From an uncultured bacterium (lineage in GTDB: Bacteria; Babelota; Babeliae; Babelales; Vermiphilaceae): a stretch of 64,000 nucleotides of DNA. The notes under the pieces are model-generated. The model had not been told where the DNA came from. It was given only the letters and a program-made list of their open reading frames with translations, and made no database searches. The stretch is taken from assembly GCA_963713925.1 (NCBI GenBank), contig OY970212.1, positions 832,001-896,000 on the forward strand, read 5' to 3'. The translations under genes were made by a program, and so were the position numbers. This document shows positions 28,179 to 38,029 of this stretch, piece by piece (positions within the stretch are counted from its first letter, which is position 1; each line of letters begins with the position of its first letter).

Positions 28179-28970
28179 TTAAGCAATACGCTCAATCACT
28201 AATTGGGCTGTTGATATCGGAGATTTATAAAAAAGCAACCCCGGATCCAAGAAAAAAGTAGTTTGCAATTCAATGGATAGCTTATCTCCTGCATTGATCG
28301 CAACTATACATGTCCCAAATGAATTGCTTGGCAATCTCGGAAAAAGGTTGTCATTTAGAACAACAGTGTTATTGACCTGAGTTATTGGCGTACCGTTAAT
28401 TGCTAATATACTACTAAGAATATCTGATGCAGCTGGAATCGAACTACCAGTGAAGGACGTACCAGATACACTCCATGATACAAAGTAAATTCCCGTCTCC
28501 GGACAAATAAGATTACCGTTAGAACCAGATTCAATAACCCAATTTGAAGAGGCATCAAATGGAACAAAGGCTATATCACCGGAGGTCAATGAATAAGCAT
28601 AATTGTCATCTTCTGCAGTTACATCTACACCTGTCGGCCCCGTTAAACCAATTGATCCCGTCGCTCCCTGCGCACCTCTCGCTCCCATTGCTCCGATTGA
28701 TCCATTAGCGCCAGTACTACCCTGCGCACACGGATTTAATCCTGAGTTCGGGGCATCAATAATGTCGCATACTTTCAAATCTCCATGAATGGTTACATTC
28801 CCGGAGACAAGCAATGATGGAGTTTTCAATGATTGTGTAACATATAAGTGTGATATGATTTGAACCGGATCAATTGATTTTTTTTGATTCTCTGAATCAT
28901 CTGCCTGCATGTATACAGAGATAGTCGTCACTAAAAATAATTGCACTACATTTCGTCTTGACATACTCAT
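28179..28970 (-). CDS. Secreted collagen-like protein with BclA/C1q-like C-terminal domain (copy 3)
   Basis: Signal peptide, Gly-X-Y run GSTGANGSIGAMGARGAQGATGSIGLTGPTG, then TGIYFVSWSV...QLVIERIA. Confidence 0.75.
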   Translation of the reverse strand: MSMSRRNVVQLFLVTTISVYMQADDSENQKKSIDPVQIISHLYVTQSLKTPSLLVSGNVTIHGDLKVCDIIDAPNSGLNPCAQGSTGANGSIGAMGARGAQGATGSIGLTGPTGVDVTAEDDNYAYSLTSGDIAFVPFDASSNWVIESGSNGNLICPETGIYFVSWSVSGTSFTGSSIPAASDILSSILAINGTPITQVNNTVVLNDNLFPRLPSNSFGTCIVAINAGDKLSIELQTTFFLDPGLLFYKSPISTAQLVIERIA

Positions 28971-28984
28971 TCCTTTAATTAAAA

Positions 28985-29836
28985 TTATGTGATTTGTTTA
29001 ATCACAAATCCTAAGCAAGTCGCGGAGGCCGCTGCGGGGGGGACAGGAAGTCTATCAACAGCAAATTCAAAAATAAGCGGTTCATTTGCCGTATAAAAAA
29101 TAATAGCTGTCCCTGTTGAAAGACCAATGTTTGCATCTGTTCCATTTCCAGTTACTTGTAATGATGTTGCACTCCCTGGAACCTCGACACCACTCAGCGT
29201 AATTCTGAAGGTACAAATAATAGGATTAGCATCACTACTATCAAGAGTCATAATCCATGAAACCGCATAAACACCCGAGCGAGGCGAAGTAAAAATGCCT
29301 GTCGTAGTATCCAAAGTCCAATCATTTAAAATGGATGGTGTTGTTGTGGGCGAAGGGTAGGAAAATGCATTAAATACAAGTGGCACTGATAGCGTTATTG
29401 AATTACTCGATTGGATGTAAGCATAGCTATCCAAGCCATTAAAAGGCGCCCCGCTCGCTCCATTTGATCCAGTCATACCAACAGACCCAGTTCCTCCCAT
29501 TGCCCCGGTAACTCCTGACGCTCCAGTCATTCCTGCTGAACAATTACAAGTATTTGACAAAATGAAGGTGCCATTGATATTTCCACATACTTTTAAATTA
29601 CCACATACTGTCGCATTTTTTAGAACGAGCAACGAATTTGCACGAAGAGATTGTTTTACCAATAAGTGAGCTATTGTCGAATAGTATATCTTTTTTGATG
29701 AATCAACTTTTTTGTCAGTCGAAGCGCTATAACGAAATTGTGAAAATATGCAGATTAATAATATCTTGAAACAAACAGATTGAAAACACTTCATAATTTT
29801 TATCCAGTTACTCTTAATTTTGGAATATTTTTGCAT
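28985..29836 (-). CDS. Secreted collagen-like protein with BclA/C1q-like C-terminal domain (copy 2)
   Basis: Gly-X-Y run GMTGASGVTGAMGGTGSVGMTGSNGASG, then SGVYAVSW...VIKQIT. Confidence 0.75.
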   Translation of the reverse strand: MQKYSKIKSNWIKIMKCFQSVCFKILLICIFSQFRYSASTDKKVDSSKKIYYSTIAHLLVKQSLRANSLLVLKNATVCGNLKVCGNINGTFILSNTCNCSAGMTGASGVTGAMGGTGSVGMTGSNGASGAPFNGLDSYAYIQSSNSITLSVPLVFNAFSYPSPTTTPSILNDWTLDTTTGIFTSPRSGVYAVSWIMTLDSSDANPIICTFRITLSGVEVPGSATSLQVTGNGTDANIGLSTGTAIIFYTANEPLIFEFAVDRLPVPPAAASATCLGFVIKQIT

Positions 29837-30655
29837 TTAAGCAACACGTTCGATGGTAAGTTGAACTGACGCATTCGTAACACCTATACCAATGGCACTT
29901 AATAAGGTGTTCGCACCGCTCGATGTCCATTGAAAAACCAATGGCTCACCTGCTGTATAATTAATCAACGATACGGAATATACCTGATAAGGAGTGTTTG
30001 GATCAAGAGTTGAATTGACCATGCCGTTATTTCCTATAACAGAGCCATTAAGTAATAATTGGCTACTGATCACAAGTACTGTGCCACTCACACTTACCAT
30101 ACCCAATAATGCGAAGGTCACTAAATATGTCCCCGATTGGGAGTTGGAAAATGCTCCAGTGATATTATTATAGGTCCATCCATTAAGAATTGGCGTATTG
30201 CTAAACAAAATCGTTTGGTAGGAGTTTGGAGTTATTATTGGATCACTTCCGGTGTGATAGGCAAAAGCATAATTTGCACTGCTCAGATCCTGAGCATTCG
30301 GACCGGTTGCTCCCGTTGCACCCGTTGCTCCCGCTATGCCGATCGCACCAGTTAATCCCGCTGGACCTGTTGGTCCGGTCGCTCCGGTTGCGCATACAGT
30401 TCTACTTAATTGACCATAAATATTTCCGCATACTGTCAAATCACCACAGATGGTAACATTCCCTCCCACAAGCAACGATGCGGTACGAAATGAATTGGTG
30501 ACAAATAGATTGCGGATCACTTCACTATCCTTTCCACGCATAGAACTATGAGCATCATCACTTTGAACTGTGATAACAGTATCTCCAAGATCAATGGCAT
30601 GAAGATATTCAAGGAAGGCTAACAACAAAAAAAATCGATATGACATACGCTTCAT
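29837..30655 (-). CDS. Secreted collagen-like protein with BclA/C1q-like C-terminal domain (copy 1)
   Basis: GATGPTGPAGLTGAIGIAGATGATGATG, then SGTYLVTF...QLTIERVA. Confidence 0.78.
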   Translation of the reverse strand: MKRMSYRFFLLLAFLEYLHAIDLGDTVITVQSDDAHSSMRGKDSEVIRNLFVTNSFRTASLLVGGNVTICGDLTVCGNIYGQLSRTVCATGATGPTGPAGLTGAIGIAGATGATGATGPNAQDLSSANYAFAYHTGSDPIITPNSYQTILFSNTPILNGWTYNNITGAFSNSQSGTYLVTFALLGMVSVSGTVLVISSQLLLNGSVIGNNGMVNSTLDPNTPYQVYSVSLINYTAGEPLVFQWTSSGANTLLSAIGIGVTNASVQLTIERVA

Positions 30656-30927
30656 ATATTTTCCTATTTTTCATAATCTTTGTATTATTCATCACTATTT
30701 AGAAAATGTATCAAAGGTATATAAAACGCAATAAAAACAACATCTCTTTTTCTCATTTTTTGATGATATAAAAAAGATCTTGTGATCGTCAAAAAAAATG
30801 AGAGGCGATTTTAAAATCGTCTCTCATAAATAAAAAAATTATTTTTTCAGAAAATTACTGAGAATCTTTTTCAAGATCTGGCTCGTAATCTCCATATCGC
30901 TCGAAGAAATTTCCTTATTTTATACTC

Positions 30928-31485
30928 TCAGCGCCTATAAAGATTACCCGGTTTATTGCTTCGCACCAGAACGGGAACCCCTTGTGGATGGTCTCTTTTA
31001 ACTTCCGTATGAATTTCACTTCTTTTCACATCGGCGCTCTTTGGTATAAAATTCCTAATTTCCCCATAAATATAGGCACTGTCATAAGAGCTGTCATCGT
31101 CATCCACTTTTCCATCAATTTTATAAATGAATTTTTCATGAAGCAAATTTCTTCCCTGTATTTCTTCAAGCCTGGTCCCGTCTATCGTTTCTCTTCCAAC
31201 ATCATCTATGTAACGTAGGTTTACACACTTTCTTTCATACCATTTTTCCAGATCGTTAAATCTATGAGAAAAGGAATCTTTCGGTTTTACTGTAGCAATG
31301 TCAATCAAATCACCATTTGCATCACCAAGTTTTACTATAACCGTTCGATCTGTGTTATTATCAAATTTGACTGTACGAGGATCTTGTACGTTTTTTTTAT
31401 TTTTTGACAATTCGGCCGCACAAACTAAATGTGGACTCGCTATAAAAAAGCCACCTAATAGGCTTAAAACAACTATTTTTTTCAT
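30928..31485 (-). CDS. Hypothetical secreted protein
   Basis: 185 aa, signal peptide. Confidence 0.65.
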   Translation of the reverse strand: MKKIVVLSLLGGFFIASPHLVCAAELSKNKKNVQDPRTVKFDNNTDRTVIVKLGDANGDLIDIATVKPKDSFSHRFNDLEKWYERKCVNLRYIDDVGRETIDGTRLEEIQGRNLLHEKFIYKIDGKVDDDDSSYDSAYIYGEIRNFIPKSADVKRSEIHTEVKRDHPQGVPVLVRSNKPGNLYRR

Positions 31486-31615
31486 GCCCTTATCCCTTAC
31501 CTAAATGGACCATATCAATTATTAATTATATAGTAAAAGAACGCATTAAATCAATGAATTTTAAACAATTTGAAATAAACAAAATGGGTCTCTGGCAGCT
31601 TCCCTGGGGAAATAT

Positions 31616-31939
31616 CTATTTCTCTTCGTATGTGCACACATACTCGGCACCGTTCCAGGCTCGATAGGTTAATCGAGGGAGATTGAGTTTTTGGCCTTTT
31701 TCATCTGTTAAGCTGGCAACATTATCTTTTTTTACACATTGGATAAAGCGCAGCACCACCCGGCGGTTAGACATGGGCTCATCATCTTGCAACACAACAC
31801 GTTGGCTACCATCTTCAAAGGTTTCTTGAATATCAACCGTCCATTCTCTCCACTGAGGATGTTCCGTTACCACCGGTTGCAATTGTTTTGCCTGGACAAT
31901 TACGGTTAAAAGACTCAAAAAGAGATAAAAACGTTTCAT
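31616..31939 (-). CDS. Hypothetical secreted protein
   Basis: 107 aa, GAGGA RBS, signal peptide ending VQA. Confidence 0.65.
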   Translation of the reverse strand: MKRFYLFLSLLTVIVQAKQLQPVVTEHPQWREWTVDIQETFEDGSQRVVLQDDEPMSNRRVVLRFIQCVKKDNVASLTDEKGQKLNLPRLTYRAWNGAEYVCTYEEK

Positions 31940-32099
31940 TGCAAGTCCTCATTTATGGGGGTCCCCCATGTGCTGACATGGGGGTAATTTTATTTTAAAT
32001 ATATACAACTCCCTATCGCAAAAGCCATATATCCTTGCGCCTGCCGTGCTTATCTTAGTAGGATAAACCATAAGTATTTCTATGCGGGGGAGAATCGTA

Positions 32100-33689
32100 A
32101 TGATGAAAAAATATCTGATTTTTGCCATACCGGCGTTCATAACCAATGTAATTTCAGCTGTTCAATTTCCCTTACAGGGATACACTTTTTTAGCCCCACG
32201 CTCTCCAAGCGTTAACGCGGCGCGAGAACTGGTTGGCTGGCGAAACTATATCAATCGTGCAGACGAATGTTGGTATGGTGCCTTCAGTGTAACCCCCGAA
32301 TATAGCCAATCGTTTCGGTCAAACAGAATTGCGCAATACTTCTTTGGCGACCAACTATTACAAGTGTCCGGCAGCAATTTAAATAATCGTAACAACTACA
32401 TCTTGGCTGATTATTTTGGCTTGCCGCAGGATTTTATTGCAAATGAACTGCTTGCCCCCAAACTGATCACCGGTTTGATTGATTTTAACCTCTATCTGGG
32501 CTACAAAGATTGGTATTTCCGCATTCATGCGCCCTACTGTTGGATGAAAACGAAGTTTCCTATCAATGAAACGGTGATAGAGCCCGGGCCGAGCGACCCG
32601 TATCCGGCATTGTATATGGATTTTGGTGTTGTTAATCCTCCCAACAATTCATTCGCAACTGCAATTGCGACCGAGTCAACCTGGGGCCAGGTGAGCCAGG
32701 GCCTTAAATTTGGACGCATCGTCTGCGAGCAAAAAAAATCATCATTGGCTGAAGTGCAGATGGCACTCGGATGGAATTTTATTAACGATGCTTGCAGACA
32801 CCTCGGAGTCAACCTCCGCCTTTATGCCCCGGCGGGAAATCGCTCAAAAGGACTGTTCCTTTTTGAACCGATTGTCGGCAACGGACACCATTGGGAAGCG
32901 GGAGCCGGATTTACCGGCCATTGGATGTTGTGGGAAAAAAATGAATATCAATCAATTGCCATCTACCTCGATTTTAATATGACGCATATCTGCAAAGCCG
33001 ATCAAGTTCGTTCATTTGATTTTGGCGACCCGCACTGCGTCACACGCAATGCTAATTTCGGCAGCCGCTATATATTGGTTAAAGAATTCGACGCATCCGG
33101 AAACTATACGGGAATTTGTCAGCCGGCCATCAATTTCACAACGCTCTGCTGCTCAACCTACAACAACTTGCAAATGGATTTTGCCCTCATGGGAGCATAT
33201 TCGGGCTGTTGGCTTGATGTCGATTTCGGGTATGGCTTTTGGCTTCGCTCCAAAGAACATTTGTGCTTAAAAGGATCGATTCCTGAAAATACGATCGCGC
33301 TCAAGGGCATTCAAAATGTTGCTGCAACCATAACGACGCTCAGCAATGATACCCAATCGGCAACCGCGACATTGGAAGGCGATCCGTTTACCGAACAAGC
33401 AATTCTTACTGATGATCCATCACCACAATTTGTAAACACAGGCGATTTAAATCTTCTTTCGGCAACAACACCAACCGCGTTTACACAAAAATTTTTCTGG
33501 AACCTGAGCTATGCGTGGAAAGACCTTGATTGCCAATACGTAGCACCCTTTTTAGGATTGGGCGGACAAATTGAGTTTGAAAGTACCCGTGGAACAAACA
33601 CCTGCAGCCTTGGGCCGATCGCAGTTGAACCAAACCAAAATTCGATTGCACAATGGAGTTTGTGGGTAAAAGGAGGGATTGGGTTTTAA
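32100..33689 (+). CDS. Putative OM barrel family protein, paralog 6 (short; lacks most Cys-rich inserts)
   Basis: RSPSVNAARELVGW, LADYFGLP, GNGHHWEAG, ALKG; ends WVKGGIGF. Confidence 0.8.
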   Translation: MMKKYLIFAIPAFITNVISAVQFPLQGYTFLAPRSPSVNAARELVGWRNYINRADECWYGAFSVTPEYSQSFRSNRIAQYFFGDQLLQVSGSNLNNRNNYILADYFGLPQDFIANELLAPKLITGLIDFNLYLGYKDWYFRIHAPYCWMKTKFPINETVIEPGPSDPYPALYMDFGVVNPPNNSFATAIATESTWGQVSQGLKFGRIVCEQKKSSLAEVQMALGWNFINDACRHLGVNLRLYAPAGNRSKGLFLFEPIVGNGHHWEAGAGFTGHWMLWEKNEYQSIAIYLDFNMTHICKADQVRSFDFGDPHCVTRNANFGSRYILVKEFDASGNYTGICQPAINFTTLCCSTYNNLQMDFALMGAYSGCWLDVDFGYGFWLRSKEHLCLKGSIPENTIALKGIQNVAATITTLSNDTQSATATLEGDPFTEQAILTDDPSPQFVNTGDLNLLSATTPTAFTQKFFWNLSYAWKDLDCQYVAPFLGLGGQIEFESTRGTNTCSLGPIAVEPNQNSIAQWSLWVKGGIGF

Positions 33690-33736
33690 ACCTGAAAGGT
33701 GCTCGTCCACCCTTCAGGGCAACGGACGCTTAAGAC

Positions 33737-33880
33737 CCCAGCCTACGCTTATTCGGGCCTTCCGGCTCGACAAGCTACGGTGGGCAAGCAAGGTCTTAAG
33801 AATCCCTCGAGGTTCAACTCACTATACCCAGCCTACGTTTACCCGGGCCTTCCGGCTCGGCAAACTACGGCGGGCAGGCT
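33737..33880. repeat. Two tandem CCCAGCCTACG..CCTTCCGGCTCG.CAA.CTACGG.GGGCA.GC palindromic elements
   Basis: Direct copies near 33737-33790 and 33827-33880; the same module lies inside the MITE at ~41235-41277. Confidence 0.8.
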
Positions 33881-33992
33881 ACAATTTTTGACAAAATTGT
33901 TTCATTAGTTCGGTGAACCTCATCAGACTTTTTTATTTTGCTGTAGCCACGTGCGAGATCAATACGAATATATAAAAATAGCGGGGTGTTTT

Positions 33993-34169
33993 ATGAATGA
34001 ATCACGTAAGCATGACTTGATGTACAAAGGCGTAAAATTGCTATGCAAAACGATTTTTGCGCTCATCATTGTTGGCGCATTGTATGGCGCGTCTAAATCG
34101 CTCATGACTCATTATTTTGCAATGAAGATGCACATGCTTCAATTTGAATACAAAATAAAAGGATATTAA
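33993..34169 (+). CDS. Small membrane protein
   Basis: GGGG RBS, one TM segment. Confidence 0.5.
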   Translation: MNESRKHDLMYKGVKLLCKTIFALIIVGALYGASKSLMTHYFAMKMHMLQFEYKIKGY

Positions 34170-34170
34170 C

Positions 34171-34479
34171 ATGTTCGATAACACAAAAGGGCCGCATACC
34201 GACATGGCCGATGCGCAAAGGAAAATCAGAGAGCTTGAGCAAGTGGTGCATACGCTTGATAAACGAATTACGTTACTTGAAAAAAAGATCGAACATTTAG
34301 CACCATTGTTTCCATTTCTTAGGAACGTTGATTCATCGATTTTACGCGCTGATACACCGGAAAAAATTGACGCGATTCGTGAGCAACGCAAACATGCCAT
34401 GATTTTTATTTTCATTGCAGTGGGACTTATTTTTGCGGTTGTAATCCTCTCTCACATTTTTGGTTGGGGGGAACAGTGA
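34171..34479 (+). CDS. Coiled-coil protein with C-terminal membrane anchor
   Basis: AAGGA RBS, heptad segment and C-terminal TM. Confidence 0.65.
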   Translation: MFDNTKGPHTDMADAQRKIRELEQVVHTLDKRITLLEKKIEHLAPLFPFLRNVDSSILRADTPEKIDAIREQRKHAMIFIFIAVGLIFAVVILSHIFGWGEQ

Positions 34480-36476
34480 AACGATCAATAGTAATCATTC
34501 TTACATGTGTCAATGCCACATTTTGCGCAGATATAGACCGACCGCAGATTCCAAGCACCCAAACAGAGCAACAAAAGCCACAGACCGTTGAAATCAAATT
34601 TATTGATCCGAAAACAAAAGAAGTGCTTACAACCGGCGCGTATCCAATTGGAATTGTTAAAGAAGTACCTTTCTTGGAAACCCATCAACGTTTTGCTGCT
34701 GGCGAAAAAGAAGAAGAATCTGCTTTACAATCTTCATTTGAGCTTTCAATAGACAAGGAGATTTTTGACAAACTCATAGCTCTTGATCCATCAAAACCTT
34801 TGAGCGAAGATCTTGATTTTTCTTCTTCCGCTCAACTGATTCATGCAATCGACACACTACAATTCAAAAAATTTGAAACGCCTATCTTTAAAACAAATAT
34901 TGCCATGCGAATCGCGACAGACCTCAGTGAACATAGTGACCAGTACGCAAATATGATTCCCGAGATCCTGCAATATAAACCTCTTTTGGATGGGTATTTC
35001 AAAAACAATGAGCTTTCTAATGCAATTATTAATCATATCGACAAAAAACTATTGCCATTAAATCTGTCCGATCTGCTTCTTCCATATAGCGCTCATGAAT
35101 TACCTGGCACTCAGACGATATGTTTATCCTCCGATGGAAACTATCTTTTTGAATCAATGCTATCCAAGGAAGCAAATACTATCGTCAAAAAAGAAATTCT
35201 TACGGGAAAGACTGCTGCAACCGTAGAAATCCAAATTGAGAAAGATGAGTTCGTCATTGCTCTCGCATCATCGCAAAAGCATCTTGCCGCACTCTCATCG
35301 ACAGGACACATCATAATTTGGGATCAAGCTACTTTGCAGCAGAAATATGAATTTTCATCAGAGGTTGAATTCGCCAAACCATTTGAGCTTATTCCGGGCA
35401 AAAGAAAAAAATTTAATGAAGAAAAATCATCCAGATTAGCAATGTCCGATTCACGTTATAATAAATACTTTTTTTCTTTTTCTCCAACTGGAGACTACCT
35501 CATCTTCAAAATTTTCAATGGCTATTGGAAGCTTTATATCGAAAAGATCGATGAATTGAGGGATAGGAGCTCATTTTCCAGTCATCCCCAAATAATTAGC
35601 TTGGCCACGGGTACTTCGCACTCTTTTGATGCTTGGCCGAACCCTTCTCCCGAGGAAAGATTTAATCCGTGGGATATGAGGGAATTGCTGATCGATCAAA
35701 ACTCAAATATCATATATTCCATTTTAGTGAGGGAGGGCGGTCTGGATCGTGAATCAAAAATATCTATTTATAATATTGATAACCGAAAACAAGAATTAAT
35801 CGATTGGCCAAAAGAAAAAGATTCAAAAGCGCCCAGATTTATTTACCAAATCGGAAACATATTGTGGCTGAAAGTGCCGCAGTCGCGCACCAAATCTTCC
35901 CCAACAAGCTTTAACTCTGCTTTTACATTCGACACTCAAACAAAGGAAATAGTGCCAAAGGGTGATATAACGGAAACGAAAATATTATTTCTATCAAACA
36001 ATGCATTGGCAATAGCGGCTAACCCTAATAACAATTTTAACCTTATCTGGAGCATCTGGTATAAAAGCGATAAGAATCCGCGCACACAAGATCACTATCT
36101 CAATAGTATTTACATCGATGACCCGAATAATATAGAATCGCTCATCGATCCGATCAAAGGAATTTCAATTTTCCATAAAGACGGTGTCGATTTAAGGCCA
36201 ATAACCAAGAGTAGCAATTCCAAAACATTCATTTTTGGAGATTGTGATTTTAGAGGATGCAAAGCATTGTATCTATTCAAAAAGGGGGTTGATCTTCCTT
36301 TTGATATCTTATTTGGCATTCTCTGCTTTGAAAAATTTGATGATTTTTCAACACTTGGGCAAATACGTGCCGCTCTCCGACCTTCAATTGATGCGTTATC
36401 ACAAGAAATCAAACCAATTATTCAGAAGTACTTTTTTGAAAAAATGAAACAAATAATTCCTCGAGCTAAAGAATAA
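34476..36476 (+). CDS. Secreted protein with a possible BTB/Skp1-like N-domain and beta-propeller-like region
   Basis: GTG start overlapping the upstream stop; signal peptide; WD-like segments (LSSDGNYLF, GHIIIWD, FSPTGDYL). Confidence 0.6.
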   Translation: MKRSIVIILTCVNATFCADIDRPQIPSTQTEQQKPQTVEIKFIDPKTKEVLTTGAYPIGIVKEVPFLETHQRFAAGEKEEESALQSSFELSIDKEIFDKLIALDPSKPLSEDLDFSSSAQLIHAIDTLQFKKFETPIFKTNIAMRIATDLSEHSDQYANMIPEILQYKPLLDGYFKNNELSNAIINHIDKKLLPLNLSDLLLPYSAHELPGTQTICLSSDGNYLFESMLSKEANTIVKKEILTGKTAATVEIQIEKDEFVIALASSQKHLAALSSTGHIIIWDQATLQQKYEFSSEVEFAKPFELIPGKRKKFNEEKSSRLAMSDSRYNKYFFSFSPTGDYLIFKIFNGYWKLYIEKIDELRDRSSFSSHPQIISLATGTSHSFDAWPNPSPEERFNPWDMRELLIDQNSNIIYSILVREGGLDRESKISIYNIDNRKQELIDWPKEKDSKAPRFIYQIGNILWLKVPQSRTKSSPTSFNSAFTFDTQTKEIVPKGDITETKILFLSNNALAIAANPNNNFNLIWSIWYKSDKNPRTQDHYLNSIYIDDPNNIESLIDPIKGISIFHKDGVDLRPITKSSNSKTFIFGDCDFRGCKALYLFKKGVDLPFDILFGILCFEKFDDFSTLGQIRAALRPSIDALSQEIKPIIQKYFFEKMKQIIPRAKE

Positions 36477-36592
36477 CCTTCAGCAAGCGCAGCTGCTGCC
36501 GCGGCGGAAATGACTGGAAAAGCGGAAAAAGCACCAGAAGACATTCCTTCTACACATAAGCCCGATTAACTACCTCGGGATTGACTGAAAAC

Positions 36593-36623
36593 AATGAGGG
36601 AGCTGTGAAAACAGCTCCCTCAT
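36593..36623. terminator. Hairpin between convergent genes
   Basis: ATGAGGGAGCTGT-GAAA-ACAGCTCCCTCAT. Confidence 0.75.
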
Positions 36624-36636
36624 GTATGGGTATTTT

Positions 36637-36882
36637 TTATTTCTGCAATTTGTATAAATAATCAACCACTTGGTTCAAACTGGTCATTTTTTCAGCATCT
36701 GAATCATTAATCTCAATATCAAAATCTTCTTCAAGCTGCATGACAATTTCAACCATATCGAGAGAATCGGCGCCAAGCTCGGAAAAACTATGCGCACGCT
36801 CAACGGCGCTCGGCTCAACATGTAATTTTCCAGAAACCAATGATACTACTTTTTTTTGAATGTCTTCTTTTGAAAATGCCAT
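36637..36882 (-). CDS. acpP: Acyl carrier protein
   Basis: LGADSLDMVEIVMQLEEDFDIEI. Confidence 0.95.
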   Translation of the reverse strand: MAFSKEDIQKKVVSLVSGKLHVEPSAVERAHSFSELGADSLDMVEIVMQLEEDFDIEINDSDAEKMTSLNQVVDYLYKLQK

Positions 36883-36890
36883 GACTTGCA

Positions 36891-37832
36891 TCACTCCGTG
36901 CCAACAGTGTGTTGTATGTATGTTTTTAACGCGTTAATGTCTGAACGTTCATTTACAGACGAAATAATAGTGTGAGGATACCGTTGTTTCAGCTCTTGTG
37001 CAAGTTGTTGACCGGGTCCGACGCACACTAAAATCTCATTTTTGACCAACTGTTTTTCAGTTTTTTGATAAAAGATTGGTTGCACAATGCGATTCAAAAT
37101 ACGGTCTGCAACCTGCTCCCCAGACTTGATCAGTTTTCCTGTTGTTCCATCAACAACAGGAACTTTAAGATCTTTGCAATCAACTTTTGCCATATATGGC
37201 TTGAGCAATTCGAGCACTGCTTGCGCATGCTGACTGTGCAACTCGAGCTCTATTTGCGCGCTCACTTGTGGAATATCGGATATCTGTGTACATTTTTCAA
37301 CTAGTTTTGATCCTTTTGCATCAACTGAATAGAAGCGATCTTTTTGCGCATCATCAATGGCAAGCACAACGTGTTCATTGCCTGAATCTTTTTTTGAAAC
37401 GCAGTTTTCAAATTCCGCAAACTTGTCGGCATGCACTTTTATAATACTCTGGTTTGATTCTGCAACAAATTGTTCATAAAATTGGGTGTACTTTGAAATC
37501 AAATACAAACCATCGGCAAATGTGAACCCACCGGCACATCCAAGCGCTGTAAATTCGCCGAAATTAAATCCACCCATGATCTCAGGTTCGATTCCAGCTT
37601 CTTGCAACAAGCGCGCATATGCTGTCCCTATCAAAAAAATGGAAGGAAGCGCATTTTGCATTTTTGCCAGTTCAGCTTCTGATGATGCAAAACAAAGTTT
37701 GACAAAATTCATGTCCAAAATTGCCGAAGCTTCTTCAAAAAGCTCCTGCACAAGACGTGAATCATCATACAACTCTTTGCCCATTCCGACATACTGATGC
37801 ATATACCCGGGAAAAAGAAATGATATTTTCAT
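36891..37832 (-). CDS. fabD: FabD-like protein lacking the catalytic serine
   Basis: FLFPG..QYVGMGKELY N-terminus and late VGPG motif, but GHSxG is replaced by GFNFG. Confidence 0.75.
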   Translation of the reverse strand: MKISFLFPGYMHQYVGMGKELYDDSRLVQELFEEASAILDMNFVKLCFASSEAELAKMQNALPSIFLIGTAYARLLQEAGIEPEIMGGFNFGEFTALGCAGGFTFADGLYLISKYTQFYEQFVAESNQSIIKVHADKFAEFENCVSKKDSGNEHVVLAIDDAQKDRFYSVDAKGSKLVEKCTQISDIPQVSAQIELELHSQHAQAVLELLKPYMAKVDCKDLKVPVVDGTTGKLIKSGEQVADRILNRIVQPIFYQKTEKQLVKNEILVCVGPGQQLAQELKQRYPHTIISSVNERSDINALKTYIQHTVGTE

Positions 37833-37893
37833 AGTACCCCATGCTCAATTCCACATTGAAATTTCATATGACAAAAGACTTGGAATATAGACA

Positions 37894-37960
37894 AGCCTGC
37901 CACGCCATAGCTCTTGTCCCGCAGAAGTTTTAACGAAAGCGGACGAGCGAAGGCGGGAAC
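37894..37960. repeat. CCTGCC.CGCC.TAG...GAAGGCGGG palindromic element
   Basis: Ends similar to 49248-49310 and, inverted, to 33737-33880. Confidence 0.55.
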
Positions 37961-38029
37961 TATTTTCTTTTTAACAAAAACAGCAGTCGGCGCACAACAA
38001 AAAATCGCACCCTTGTGGATGCGATTTTT

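Noticed and set aside
28179..30655. Collagen genes as phage tail fibres
   Set aside because: They carry Sec-type signal peptides and have no phage context.
15679..33689. Diversity-generating retroelement or invertase shufflon behind paralog variation
   Set aside because: No reverse transcriptase or recombinase in the window, no adenine-specific TR/VR pair seen, and all copies are full genes in one orientation.
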